Shown here piece after piece: positions 30,975 to 42,676 of a stretch of DNA of 64,000 nucleotides; position 1 is the stretch's first letter, and each line of letters begins with the position of its first letter. The DNA comes from Eledone cirrhosa (Eukaryota), in assembly GCA_964016885.1 (NCBI GenBank), contig OZ024752.1, forward strand, positions 38,006,001 through 38,070,000, written 5' to 3'. Below the pieces are notes generated by a model that made no database searches, was not told where the DNA came from, and was given only the letters and a program-made list of their open reading frames with translations. The position numbers were made by a program, and so were the translations under genes.

Positions 30975-31570
30975 TATATATCTATGAGTATGAATGTGTG
31001 TATATGTATGAGTATGAATGTGTGTATATGTATGAGTATGAATGTGTGTATATGTATGAGTATGGATGTGTGTATATGTATGAGTATGAATGTGTGTATA
31101 TGTATGAGTATGGATGTGTGTATATGTATGAGTATGGATGTGCGTATATGTATGAGTATGGATGTGTGTATATGTATGAGTATGGATGTGCGTATATGTA
31201 TGAGTATGGATGTGCGTATATGTATGAGTATGGATGTGTGTATATGTATGAGTATGAATGTGTGTATATGTATGAGTATGGATGTGTGTATATGTATGAG
31301 TATGGATGTGCGTATATGTATGAGTATGGATGTGTGTATATGTATGAGCATGTGCGTGAATGCGTATATGTATGAGTATGGATGTGTGTATATGTATGAG
31401 CATGTGCGTGAATGCGTATATGTATGAGTATGGATGTGTGTATATGTATGAGCATGTGTGTGAATGCGTATATGTATGAGTATGGATGTGTGTATATGTA
31501 TGAGCATGTGCGTGAATGCGTATATGTATGAGTATGTGAGTGTATGCTTATATGTATGAGTATGTGTGTG
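30975..31570. repeat. 24-bp minisatellite (TATGTATGAGTATGGATGTGTGTA) with 28-bp variants
   Basis: Directly visible. Confidence 0.9.
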
Positions 31571-31932
31571 AATGTCGCTCCAGTTAGGTGTAAGATGATA
31601 GTCAATCATACAAAGATTACTGCTAAAAATATTCAAACATCAAGAATCTGAAGAAAGGATTCTAACGCTCTCAGGTGTGTTGTTATTTAGAACAGATAGT
31701 AGTCGTAGCTTATGTGTGTATACAACATAAACACACGAAATATATATGTGTGTGTGTGTAGTGTTATAGGCATACAGACGCATGTATGTATATATTAAAC
31801 ATTTACAAGACTAATACATGCTCTTGTGTGTGTGTACAACATAAACACATGTGTGCATAGTTTTATAGCCACACACACACGTGTGTGTGTGTGTGTGTTA
31901 ATCAGTTAGAAGACAAATACATGATCTAAACA

Positions 31933-31970
<38 letters not shown>

Positions 31971-32737
31971 TAATAATAATAATTTTTCTACTTTTAGCAC
32001 AAGGCCAGCAATTTCCAGTACATTACTGGTACTTTATTTTATCGACCCCGTAAGGATGAAAGGCAAAGTTAAAAGGATAATTTCTTATGCTTGTTGACGC
32101 GCGTTTCGCTATTGATCAGCTCAAGGTCCGATCTGTATCGATCTAGCCCAGCTCTTGAGCTAATCAATAGCGAAGCGTGCGTCACTACTCAATAAACGTA
32201 ATGAAGGCCTCTCATCCTTATGGGGTCGATAAAATAAAGTACCAGTAATGCACTGGATAATTGCTGGCCTTGTGCCAAAAGTAGAAACAATTATTATATA
32301 TACACTCTGTTTAGTCCTACACCTCGTAACAGACGGGAAACTACGCATCGAGTGCTCACCTGGGTGAACCTTCAGAAACTGCATGTTACACTCCCTATAT
32401 ATAAACAGAAATAACAACACAATCGGTACAGTATATGGAAGGGATATATTAGGTTAACACTTGATATAGCAGGAATATATATATATATATATATATCTTT
32501 TCCTGGGTCCTGTATTTTCGTCGCTCTGGTAATGCGGTCGGACTGCCGACCGCTATATCTGATTTGCTAAGCTGTTTGAACATAATGTTATTACTCTGGG
32601 GTCTTACCTCATCTGAGTGCTAAAGTTACAAACCGAATAAGCATACACGCTAGCTTGGCCGTATACTAGAGCTTCGTCTATGCTGTACTAAAATTTATTT
32701 ATATATATATATATATATCTATATCTATCTCTCTATA

Positions 32738-32784
<47 letters not shown>

Positions 32785-33040
32785 ATCTATCTCCCTCTGT
32801 GTTTTTTTCCTCTCTCTATATATCTCTCTCTGTTTCTTTACATGAATTTCTTCTCTCTATCTATCTCTCTATATCTATCTCTCTCTATTTAGTTGCATGC
32901 ATTTCTTCTTTTTCTTCGTTTTTCTTTCTTTCTTTTTATAACTGTCCCTAATATTTTTTCACTACCAAATCAACTTTTCAAATAGAAGTCAAAGTTGAAA
33001 GGTATGTCGAATCTATCTATTTATAAGACTGTTTATATTG

Positions 33041-33106
33041 TATTTTGTCTGAAGAAGGCATAACATATTTTTAATATGATATCCCTGAAATATATATAAT
33101 GAAATA
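33041..33106 (+). ncRNA. Minimal type I hammerhead ribozyme (family D variant)
   Basis: TATTTTGT-CTGAAGA-AGG..CCT-GAAA-TATATA-TA-ATGAAATA. Confidence 0.6.
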
Positions 33107-33260
33107 AATATGGTTTTATAAATATAGTTTCCATTTATTTAATATCGTATATATATATATATATATATTCCTGCTATATCAAGTGTTAACCTAATATATC
33201 CCTTCCATACTTCCATATACTGTACCGATTGTGTTGTTATTTCTGTTTACCTTTTACACG

Positions 33261-33338
<78 letters not shown>

Positions 33339-33522
33339 AACGTGTGTGTATGTGTGTGAAATGTTACAACTATGTGTAAATGTGTATATAAATATGACGA
33401 GAACGTACTGAAAAAAAAAAAAAATTCCGTTACATATATAAATATATGTAGAAGTTCTATTTAAATTGTTGGGATAAAACAAGCAAATATTTTTATAACT
33501 GATATAAAGCACTCAACAAATT

Positions 33523-33874
33523 ATATTAACAAATGGAAACTATATTTATAAAACCATATTTATTTCATTATACATATTTCAAGGACACCAAGTTAAATTA
33601 TGGTGCGCTTTCATCAGATAAAATATAATATAGATCAGTTTTATAAATAAATATTGACTAGCTCCCGGATAGTGGGGTTATTAATAACCCTACTATCCGG
33701 GAGCTTCCAACAGAAATGGTCGCATTCTTTAAGGGTATGTCAATATTTATTTATAAAACTGATCTATATTATATTTTATCTGATGAAAGCGCACCATAAT
33801 TTAACTTGGTGTCCTTGAAATATGTATAATGAAATAAATATGGTTTTATAAATATAGTTTCCATTTGTTAATAT
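33523..33874. mobile_element. Family D fold-back insert with two divergently oriented hammerheads (33561-33625 -, 33772-33836 +)
   Basis: ~135-bp arms; nested 46-nt palindrome at 33660-33705; CTGATGA-AAGCGCACCA..TGGTGTCCTT-GAAA-TATGTA-TA. Confidence 0.8.
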
Positions 33875-34408
33875 ATCATATATATATATACACACACACA
33901 CACACACTACCACAATACTACATCTAGACAAGTAAGTTGCTGTTCTTTATTAGAACCATACCATGTTATTAAATATTTACAGGACAACTTATGTCAAACG
34001 AAAGCTAAAATTAACGGGTAAAAATAAATAATGGAAAGCGCTTTATAAAGCAACCGTGATATTCACGAACGAGGAGTAAATTATTGAGGAAGTTGTAATA
34101 TTTATATAATAAGAAATATAGCGAAGGATTTCGAAACATGGTTGGAACTAAACCAACCCAATTCATCACCTCACTATCTTGAATAATGGTGTTAATTACT
34201 TGTTTTATATATATAGATATATATAACCAAAGATTAATATGGTTCATTGATTACTCAATGAATGTAGTTTTACAATAGATTAAAAGCACTCTACAATGAA
34301 GTTTTCTGGAGTTATTAATATTATTCAAAATATTAATAAATGAAAACGTTCACATAATCACATATATTTTGATTATGTGAACGTCTTCATTTATTAATAT
34401 TTTGAATA

Positions 34409-34446
<38 letters not shown>

Positions 34447-34512
34447 GTATGTGTGTGTGTTTAAATACCAATGGTTAAATAAATAGAAACAAAACTACTC
34501 AATATTTAATAA

Positions 34513-34699
34513 ATAATTGTTTCTACTTTTGGCACAAGGCCAGGAATTACTCAGTGTTTTACTGGTACTTTATGTTATCGACCCCGTAAGGATAAAAGGC
34601 AAAGTTAACCTCGGCGGGATTTGAACTCAGAATGGCAAGGGCCGTAACTCTATGCGTGAAAGCATGGCGTCCGACCCTCTACCGATACTGCCAATCCAC
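34513..34699 (-). mobile_element. SINE A with TSD
   Basis: caatatttaataaataat on both sides. Confidence 0.85.
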
Positions 34700-35222
34700 C
34701 AATATTTAATAAATAATGGTCTCTGATTTAGGCACAAGGCTAACAAGGATTAAAGAGAGTTGATACAAATAAAGTACCAGTAACATACTGTTATCGGTTT
34801 AATCGACTTTCCGCTCAAAATTGTTGCCCTTGTGCCTAAATCAGAAACAATTATTATTATTATTGTTTTGATTTAACCTTTAGTATTAAGAAAAAGCAGA
34901 CACACAAAATGTGAAGTTGTGATGCTCATACTAAGCGCATCTGTATTGAATTAACCATAGTTAGTGGAAACCGTTATTCTGAAAATCTATATATGTGTAA
35001 GGTTCCTAGCAATAATTAATTGTATAATAAATAAATATATTATTTGTGTTTATTATTTTCATTCTGTAAGAATTATAAACAATTTGTAATGTTATTTATA
35101 CAACTGTGAGTAAAATCTTTGTTTATATAAATTATAAATTAGCTGTAATTTAAAGACAACTACAGTGACTGCGGTGATGATGGTAAGAAGAAACGAAAAA
35201 AATAAATATGGGGGAATCTTAC

Positions 35223-35448
35223 CGTAATTATCATATATATGATTAGGATGAATTGTGTCCAGAAAACCTTCTGACATGGAGAAAAGAAAACCCATCCCTT
35301 TCGCCACGGATACTTCTTCCTTTCGGTTCTGTTCATCGGTATCAAGTGCGAAAGAATGGTCAACAAGTGAAAAAGATAGTATGATCCATAACAATAACAT
35401 GGTACTTGGAAGAACAACAATAGTTGATTTTATTCCTTTTTTCTCCAT
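35223..35448 (-). CDS. First coding exon of a prominin-like membrane glycoprotein (signal peptide + N-terminal ectodomain start)
   Basis: ATG, hydrophobic signal peptide (MLLLWIILSFSLVDHSFA), then KGMGFLFSMSEGFLDTIHP, resembling the prominin GM..LF.....FL..VQP motif; phase-1 donor G|GTAAGA at 35222; polypyrimidine acceptor TTATTAG| upstream (exon start 35523). No downstream exons identified with confidence. Confidence 0.65.
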
Positions 35449-36124
35449 TTTTTAAATTTTTTTTTAATTTGAAAGCTGTCAGATGCCAGATGGAATGTTA
35501 TATAATATCCTTGTAGTTAAAACCTAATAATAATTAAAAAAAAAAAAAAATAATACTGCTATTAATATTAATAATAACAAGTCAATTCAAAATATATACA
35601 CACAACATGTTTAATTCATTAAAAATACACGTTTTATTCATTAAATAATCACACGAGCATGGAAAACAAGAAATATTGTGACAGTGTATGTGTATATATG
35701 TATATATAAATTACATAATTTCAAATTCTTATTAAAATAAAAAGTGACAAATACAAATATATATATATATATATATATTAGAAAATGTAAAAAGTTTTTA
35801 GATATAGAAAGATGTATAACTACCTTAGTTAGTCAGTCAGTTATGTATATATATGTATGTATATGTATGTATATGTGTATGTGTGTGTGTTTAACTACTA
35901 TCGGAGCACCTAACAGTTTCGTCAGCGACAGCTCTGCCTGCAATGTACAAACTGAACAAGTCAGATGTATAGCTAGCTGTGTGTGTGTATGTATGTATAT
36001 GTGTATATATATATATAGGTATGTGTGGTTAGCATCGGAGCACCTAACTGTTCTGTCAGTGACAGCTCTGCTCTGCTAGCAATGAACAGCAATAAACACA
36101 CCACCAGGATTCCCTTTAGAAATT

Positions 36125-36150
36125 GTGACGTCACTAGTCGCTCCGCCCAG
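36125..36150. promoter_or_regulatory. Candidate promoter elements: perfect CRE site and GC box
   Basis: GTGACGTCAC at 36125-36134 and CTCCGCCC at 36141, ~0.6 kb upstream of the prominin-like exon. Confidence 0.3.
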
Positions 36151-36282
36151 AATCAAATACTTTTCGTAATCGACGAGTGTCGAAAAAAAGGGGACGGTAT
36201 ATACACCGTCCCCTTTTTTTCCCCTTTATATATATATATACACCGTTCCCTTTTTTCCCCTTTATATATATATATATCCTAA

Positions 36283-36497
36283 CGATCGACTTTCGTCAAA
36301 TCGGACCGAGGAAACAGTGTTTCCAGTGGTCTTTCCAATTGCTAATACTCTCTATCGGTCGCAACTCCAGGTAGAAGGAGCAACGTGAAATAAAGTGTCT
36401 TGCTCAAGGACATAACGCATCGCCCGGTCCAGGAATCGAACTCACAAGCTCACGATTGCGAATCCAGTTCTCTAACCACTCAGCCACACGCCTTCAT
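36283..36497 (-). mobile_element. tRNA-derived SINE family C
   Basis: TGGCTGAGTGG A box, GTTCGATTCC B box, CCTTGAGCAAGACACTT core; second copy 54185-54345. Confidence 0.8.
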
Positions 36498-36508
36498 ATA
36501 TATATATA

Positions 36509-36958
36509 CAATGATATTAAATAAATGGAAACTATATTTATAAAACCATATTTATTCTATTATATATATTTCAAGGGTACCAAAAACTTTGGTACGCTTT
36601 CATCAGATAAAATACAAAGTGTGTTTTATAAATTTTGACATAGCCAAGGAAACATAGCTTATCAGTTGAATTTTCCTTGGATGTTTTCCAATATCCAAGG
36701 AAAATTCAACTGATAAGGTATGTTTCCTTGGCTATGTCAAAATTTATAAAACACACTTTGTATTTTATCTGATGAAAGCGTACCAAAGTTTTTGGTACCC
36801 TTGAAATATATATAATAGAATAAATATGGTTTTATAAATATAGTTTCTATTTATTCAATATCATTGAATATTTACTCCAGAAAACTGTCGAGTGCTCTGA
36901 ATCAGTTATAAACATTTATATTTGTTGAATTTCCAACAAATTAAATATCCCTTCTACT
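36509..36958 (+). mobile_element. Family D fold-back insert with hammerheads (36553-36614 -, 36761-36822 +)
   Basis: ~170-bp arms around a ~12-nt spacer; TATTTTAT-CTGATGA-AAGCGTACCAA..TTGGTACCCTT-GAAA-TATATA-TA-ATAGAATA. Confidence 0.8.
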
Positions 36959-36973
36959 TATATATACATATAT

Positions 36974-37172
36974 ATATTTAATATAGAAAAGCTTCTACAG
37001 GACTAGAACTGTTTCATTCCTGAGAAATCATCAGGAAGCTGACTGATGATTTCTCAGGAATGAAACAGTTCTAGTCCTGTAGAAGCTTTTCTATATTAAA
37101 TATTCATATTTTGCTTTGTATTGAGTACCTTACTTACTGTGGTTACCTCCCGATTGAAACCCGGGATAAACT
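36974..37172 (+). mobile_element. Family F fold-back insert with hammerhead core
   Basis: Arms 36974-37034 / 37043-37103; right arm starts exactly at CTGATGA; TTC-TCAG-GAA helix II, GAAAC, GTC 37074-37076. Confidence 0.72.
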
Positions 37173-37287
37173 TATATACATATATATATATATATGTAGG
37201 AGGTGAGTTTTATTGTAGTACAATAAAGCAATGCAGATATCGGATAAGAAGCACTCTACAGTTTGTGGGACTGGAGTATGCATAATA

Positions 37288-37462
37288 TAAGATCAAAAGA
37301 TGGTTAAAGGAGTTCCATATATTTTATTATGCGCATTTCAAAAACAAACATCATCAAGCAATAATATTTGTGTTTTCATCAGATAAAACAGGATAAAACA
37401 GGAGAACATGATATGAAGGCTAAAAAAACACTTGTTGATAGTGCAGTTTTTAATCAACATAT
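37288..37462 (-). mobile_element. Family D copy with hammerhead (37319-37390)
   Basis: Reverse complement of 16660-16825. Confidence 0.75.
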
Positions 37463-37469
37463 ATATATA

Positions 37470-38031
37470 TTTCGTTTCTGAATTTGTTTAGCAAGATTCT
37501 TTATCTGAAATCGTGTGTTGAAACCGATATTGTTATACTTTGGGAGGGTCATGTTGCCAATAAGAAACACACGCACCAGTTGCTTTCACTTCAATTTAAT
37601 TTATTATATATTTATAAATTTACAAATTTATAAATTTCTGGTTGGTTGGTTGGTTCCACAACCAGATAGTTGTTTATATATATATAGTCATAGTTCTTTC
37701 GTCACACACTCTGTGACCTCTTCAGTGACTGGGGATTTCTTTCTTCGTTTCTGTGCCTTTCCTTTCTTCTATCCTACGCCAAAATGGCGTAGGATAGAAG
37801 AAAGGAAAGGCACAGAAACGAAGAAAGAAATCCCCAGTCACTGAAGAGGTCACAGAGTGTGTGACGAAAGAACTATGACTATATATATATAAACAACTAT
37901 CTGGTTGTGGAACCAACCAACCAACCAGAAATTTATAAATTTGTAAATTTATAAATATATAATAAATTAAATTGAAGTGAAAGCAACTGGTGCGTGTGTT
38001 TCTTATTGGCAACATGACCCTCCCAAAGTAT

Positions 38032-38039
<8 letters not shown>
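37470..38039. mobile_element. PLE 3' UTR (pLTR) hairpin, ~254-bp arms, hammerheads at 37686-37730 (-) and 37836-37880 (+)
   Basis: Arms 37528-37781 / 37785-38039 with a 3-nt loop; homologous to 50370-50677; AGTCA-CTGAAGA-GGTCACA..TGTGAC-GAAA-GAAC-TA-TGACT. Confidence 0.85.
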
Positions 38040-38075
<36 letters not shown>

Positions 38076-38518
38076 AATTAGTATATCTAGTAACATGTTA
38101 CTAGATATACTAATTCTTTATAATTAACTCCAAATTATTTTGTCGAGCAAAAATTGGCCAAAACTGCTACTATAGTAACGGTCCGGCTGCTGTCTTCTTA
38201 ACAAACCACTCTTCACTGATTGACGTCGATGTCACGTGACTGATTCTTTTGAATTTGCCACCGACGCAGTAGGCAGTGATTTTTTCAATGGCTTGGAATT
38301 TAGTCCACGCTTTGCTTTTTTCCATCCACTGAATTATTTTTGTATAAGTTCTCTGTGTCCACGTATTGCCTGGAAACTTAGCTGAGAATAGGCTTCCCTG
38401 ATGACGAAAGGCTTCTCTGTACGTTTCTTCGGAAACTATGTTTATTCCCTTTCAGAAACTAATTAGTTGGAGTGAAATTTTAGTAAGTAAGTTAATTTTA
38501 TAATTTTCTTATTTTACG

Positions 38519-38635
<117 letters not shown>

Positions 38636-38830
38636 CCTTGCCCTTTTCCTCTTATCTATAGTCTTTCGCAATGCTATATTCTTTTTCTTCCATTGATCTC
38701 TATTGATATGTTGTTTCTTTTGAATATTTTGTATTCAGTATTCTTCGTATATATATATATATATATATGTGTGTGTATGTGTGTGTGTGTGTGCGTGCGT
38801 GTGCGCGTGTGTATGCGCGCGCGCGTGTGT

Positions 38831-38864
<34 letters not shown>

Positions 38865-38939
38865 TAGTGTTAGGTAATTCCGAAGAAAAGGCAAAGGAAA
38901 AAAGAGTGCTTTATGTATAGAACGAAGCTATTTAATTAG

Positions 38940-40260
38940 AATAAAGGAGAAATTCCCAAATCATACTATCGGGTTATATCGAGACGACGGACTAGCAGTC
39001 TCTCATACCACCAATGGCCATGACCTTGACACTTTTGGTAAAGATGTAATTAAATTTTTTTCTGACCTTAACCTTAAAATTACTATAGATACTAATCTTA
39101 CCAACGTAAATTTCCTCAATATAAATCTTGACTTACTCACTGCGTCCTTTAAAACTTACCATAAACCTAATGAGAATCTAAAATATATTAATGAACAGCA
39201 GAGTAGGATTTACGTATAAGCCAAACAAGCTATAGCTTAGAGTCCCCACTTTCTTGGGGCCCCGAAAAATTTGAAAAAAAAACGGTGTGTACATTTCCAA
39301 AATATAAGATAAAAAAGAACTAAAATAATGCAATAGTTTTAAACAGTTTTCTGCTTTAATATTGAACGTTTTGCCGTTTTATAACATATAAAGGGCCCCA
39401 TTATCTCAAATAGCTTAGGGCCTCATCAAATCTAAATCCAGCCCTGATAAACAGTCTTGCCACCCTCCCATAGTATTTAAAAACCTCATCCCTAATATTA
39501 GCCGTGGGATATGTACCCTCTCTTCTTCTGAAGAAATATTTAATAAAGCAGCCTCTTACTATAATAAAGCCCTTAAAAATAGCGGATTCATTGAAGAAAT
39601 TAAATATATTTCTAACCCCTCTAACCCTTCTAAACATAATAATAGGAACAGAAAAATAATCTGGTTCACACCACCCTTCTCTTTAGCACTCAAAACTAAT
39701 GTAGGTAGAAAGTTCCTTGAATTAGTAGATAAACATTTCCCCCATCACCATAAATATAACAAAATTTTTAATAGAAACTGTGTTAAGATTAGCTATTCTT
39801 GCAGCCCTTCCATAAAATCGAAATTCACCACCGGAAAAACTGACAGAGCAATCCCACGGTGTTCGTGCAGAAATGCAGATGAATGTCCTTTGCAAGTCAA
39901 ATGCAACATTAAATCTGTTGTATATGAGGCAATTATAAGACCTATTAACACCAACCAACCTTCTACTGGAGAACGTTATGTGGGCATGACCCGGGATACC
40001 TTTAAAAAAAGATACTATGCACACGTCGTTTCCTTTCGACACCACGATAAAAAGAAAACTAAATAGTGTGGGAGGTGAAACAGCGTGGGATCCCATATGA
40101 AATTGATTGGTCTATTTTAGACCAATCAAAAGAATATGTTAAAGGCACAAGAAGGTATCCCTTGTGTGTAACAGAAAAATATAGAATTCTACAAAATCTG
40201 AAATCTCCCAACACCTGTCTTAATTCTGATATTTTTTAAAATTTGCCCACATATAACAAC
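38940..40260 (+). mobile_element. Degenerate Penelope-like element: RT C-terminus, thumb and GIY-YIG
   Basis: YRDDGL..KITID..VNFL..YHKPNE; RKIIWFTPPFS..TNVGRKFL..KHFP..KIFNRN..KISYSC; CSCR..CPL..C..SVVY..YVGMT..FKKRY..H; frameshifted. Confidence 0.85.
39199..39446. mobile_element. hAT-like MITE nested in the PLE
   Basis: CAGAGTAGGATTTA ... TAAATCCAGCCCTG ends (11/14 match); 8-bp TSD atgaacag/ataaacag; PLE sequence resumes after it. Confidence 0.75.
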
Positions 40261-40911
40261 TCATCTCCTTTCTCGGCATCAAAACACCATTTTGCACACT
40301 TATCCACCTTGCACACTCTCTTACTTTAAACACCCTGGACCTTTATCACACATTCAACACTTATCTTACATCACGCCCTTATTTTATATTACACCTATTT
40401 TATTCATTTCTTCATTTCCTTTACTTTTACCTTGAACACACTCTCTTATTTTAACCACGAACATTCTCTCTTATTTTACACACCCTGGACCTTTTTACAT
40501 ATTCAACACTAATTTTATTTTATTTTATTTTATACCCTTATTCTATTTTACACCTATATTATTCACTTATTGACTTCTTCATTTCCTGAACATTCTCTCT
40601 TTCTTTAACCACTCTGGACCTTTACACTTATTTTATATCACACCTATATTTTTATTTTCCCCTCATTTACTGAGTCCTCTTAATCCTTAACCCACCCATA
40701 TATGTATTTTTGTAGGTGACCAGGTGTATGTATGCATACAATTGTATGGTCGTAAGTACACGCTCATGTATTTGTATGTACGTGTGTATGTATTTATATG
40801 TATGTTTATGTAAATGTGTATATGTATGTGTGCGTTTGTATATGTATATAATTTTTATTTATATATATTTGTATATATGTGCATGTGTATACGTGTGTGT
40901 TTGTATGTGTG

Positions 40912-40946
<35 letters not shown>

Positions 40947-41279
40947 TTGTATTTGTATGTATACTTGTGTGTGTATATTTACATGCTTCCATATGTTAAT
41001 ACTTTCATGGACGCACGCGCGTATCTATCTATTTGTAGTTTTGCGTATGTGATTGTATTTATGTATAAGTTTATCATTATGTGAGTGATGCTTTGTATCA
41101 TTTTGTCTGACCGCTTATTTATATTTTTATTTTCATCTTATTTTCCCCTATGTATTTGCGTATGTATGTGCTTGCAGACTAGTGTGTTTATACGCTTGTG
41201 TCTATGCCATGTATATATATATATGTATGTGCACGCATATTTGTTATATTTATATACTTTTTACTTACGAGTTCGCAGT

Positions 41280-41850
41280 CTTACCGTGCCGTTATCATGA
41301 GGGATGGCGGTATAGAGAGGGGTGATGTCCAGGGTAAAGAGAAGGCGAGAGGGACCAGGAGGGAAGGAGAAGGAGTTGAAGAGTCTAAGGGCATGATTGG
41401 AATCGTGGATGTGGGAGGGGAGAGTGACGACCAACGGGGCGAGGATGGTGTCTAAATATTCAGAAATTATCTCGGTGAGGCAGTTGCACGCAAAAACGAT
41501 AAGATGGCCGGGATTATTTTGTTTGTGTATTTGGGGGAGGAAGTAGATGGTGGGTGTGCGGGAGGTGCGTACAATAAGGTTGGTGACTGTGTGGGCTAGG
41601 AGAGAGGAGAGAGAAGCTCGTGGGTGGTGGAGGACACGAGTTGTTGGTAGCCAGAAGTGGGGTCGGGGGATAAAAAGCGGTAAAAAAGAGGGTATTGCGA
41701 AGCTGGCGGAGAGCTTCGGCCTTATAGAGGTCAACGCTCCAAAGCACCACAGCGCCACCTTTGTCAGTGAGTTTGATGACAATATCATCGCGACGCCGAA
41801 AGTTGCGAAGAGCTCTCAGTCCGCGGGTGTCATTTTACCATGGATCACAG
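41280..41850 (-). mobile_element. PLE RT N-terminal part (inverted segment)
   Basis: DDIVIKLTDKGGAVVLW..LY..EA.RQL; IYFLPQIHKQNNPGHLIV..ISEYLD..L.P.V..LPSHIHDS..LFTLDITPLYTAIPH. Confidence 0.85.
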
Positions 41851-42272
41851 GTCTCGCGCACCAGGACTGAACAAAGTCTGATTCACCGCCTTGGGTCCTA
41901 TTCCCCTCTTGGACTCAACTCACCTCCCCAATTTCTTTGATACCCCGTTCATTATCACAAGCGCTTGTACATTTACCCCTAGATTCCTATCGCTCTCTCT
42001 CTCTCTTGATCTTAACATCTTCTCTTACAACTAATACAGACCGACTAAATATGCTCACTCCATTTTTCCCTTCACTGCTTTGGATATACACATACACACA
42101 CCGCCAATTCCAACCCGCCCGTCCCCTCAATCTATCTTATCTCATTCTTTCTTCTGATGAAGGACTAGCATCCGAAACGTTGAGACCCTCTTCCTGCTAT
42201 ATCAAGCGTTAACCTAATATATCCCTTCCATATACAGTACCCATTGTGTTGTTATTTCTGTTTACCTTTTAC
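41850..42272 (+). mobile_element. PLE 3' tail with hammerhead at 42150-42185
   Basis: TCTT-CTGATGA-AGGA-CTAGCA-TCC-GAAACGTT-GAGA; tail end also present at 33167-33256 (+) and ~32400-32474 (-). Confidence 0.75.
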
Positions 42273-42484
42273 ATACACACATACATATATATGTTTGTGT
42301 ATATATATGCGTATATATATATATATGTTTGTGTATATATATGCGTATATATATATATATGTTTGTGTATATATATGCGTATATATATATATATATATAT
42401 CTATGCGTATATATATATATATATGCATATATATATGCGTATATATATATATATATCTATGCGTATATATATATATATATATGC

Positions 42485-42538
<54 letters not shown>

Positions 42539-42627
42539 GTATATATATGTGTATATATATATATGTATATATATGTGTATATATATATATGTATATATAT
42601 GTGTATATATATATATGTATATATATG

Positions 42628-42674
<47 letters not shown>

Positions 42675-42676
<2 letters not shown>

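Noticed and set aside
38398-38450. CTGATGA...GAAAC hammerhead candidate
   Set aside because: Helix I does not pair adjacent to the core
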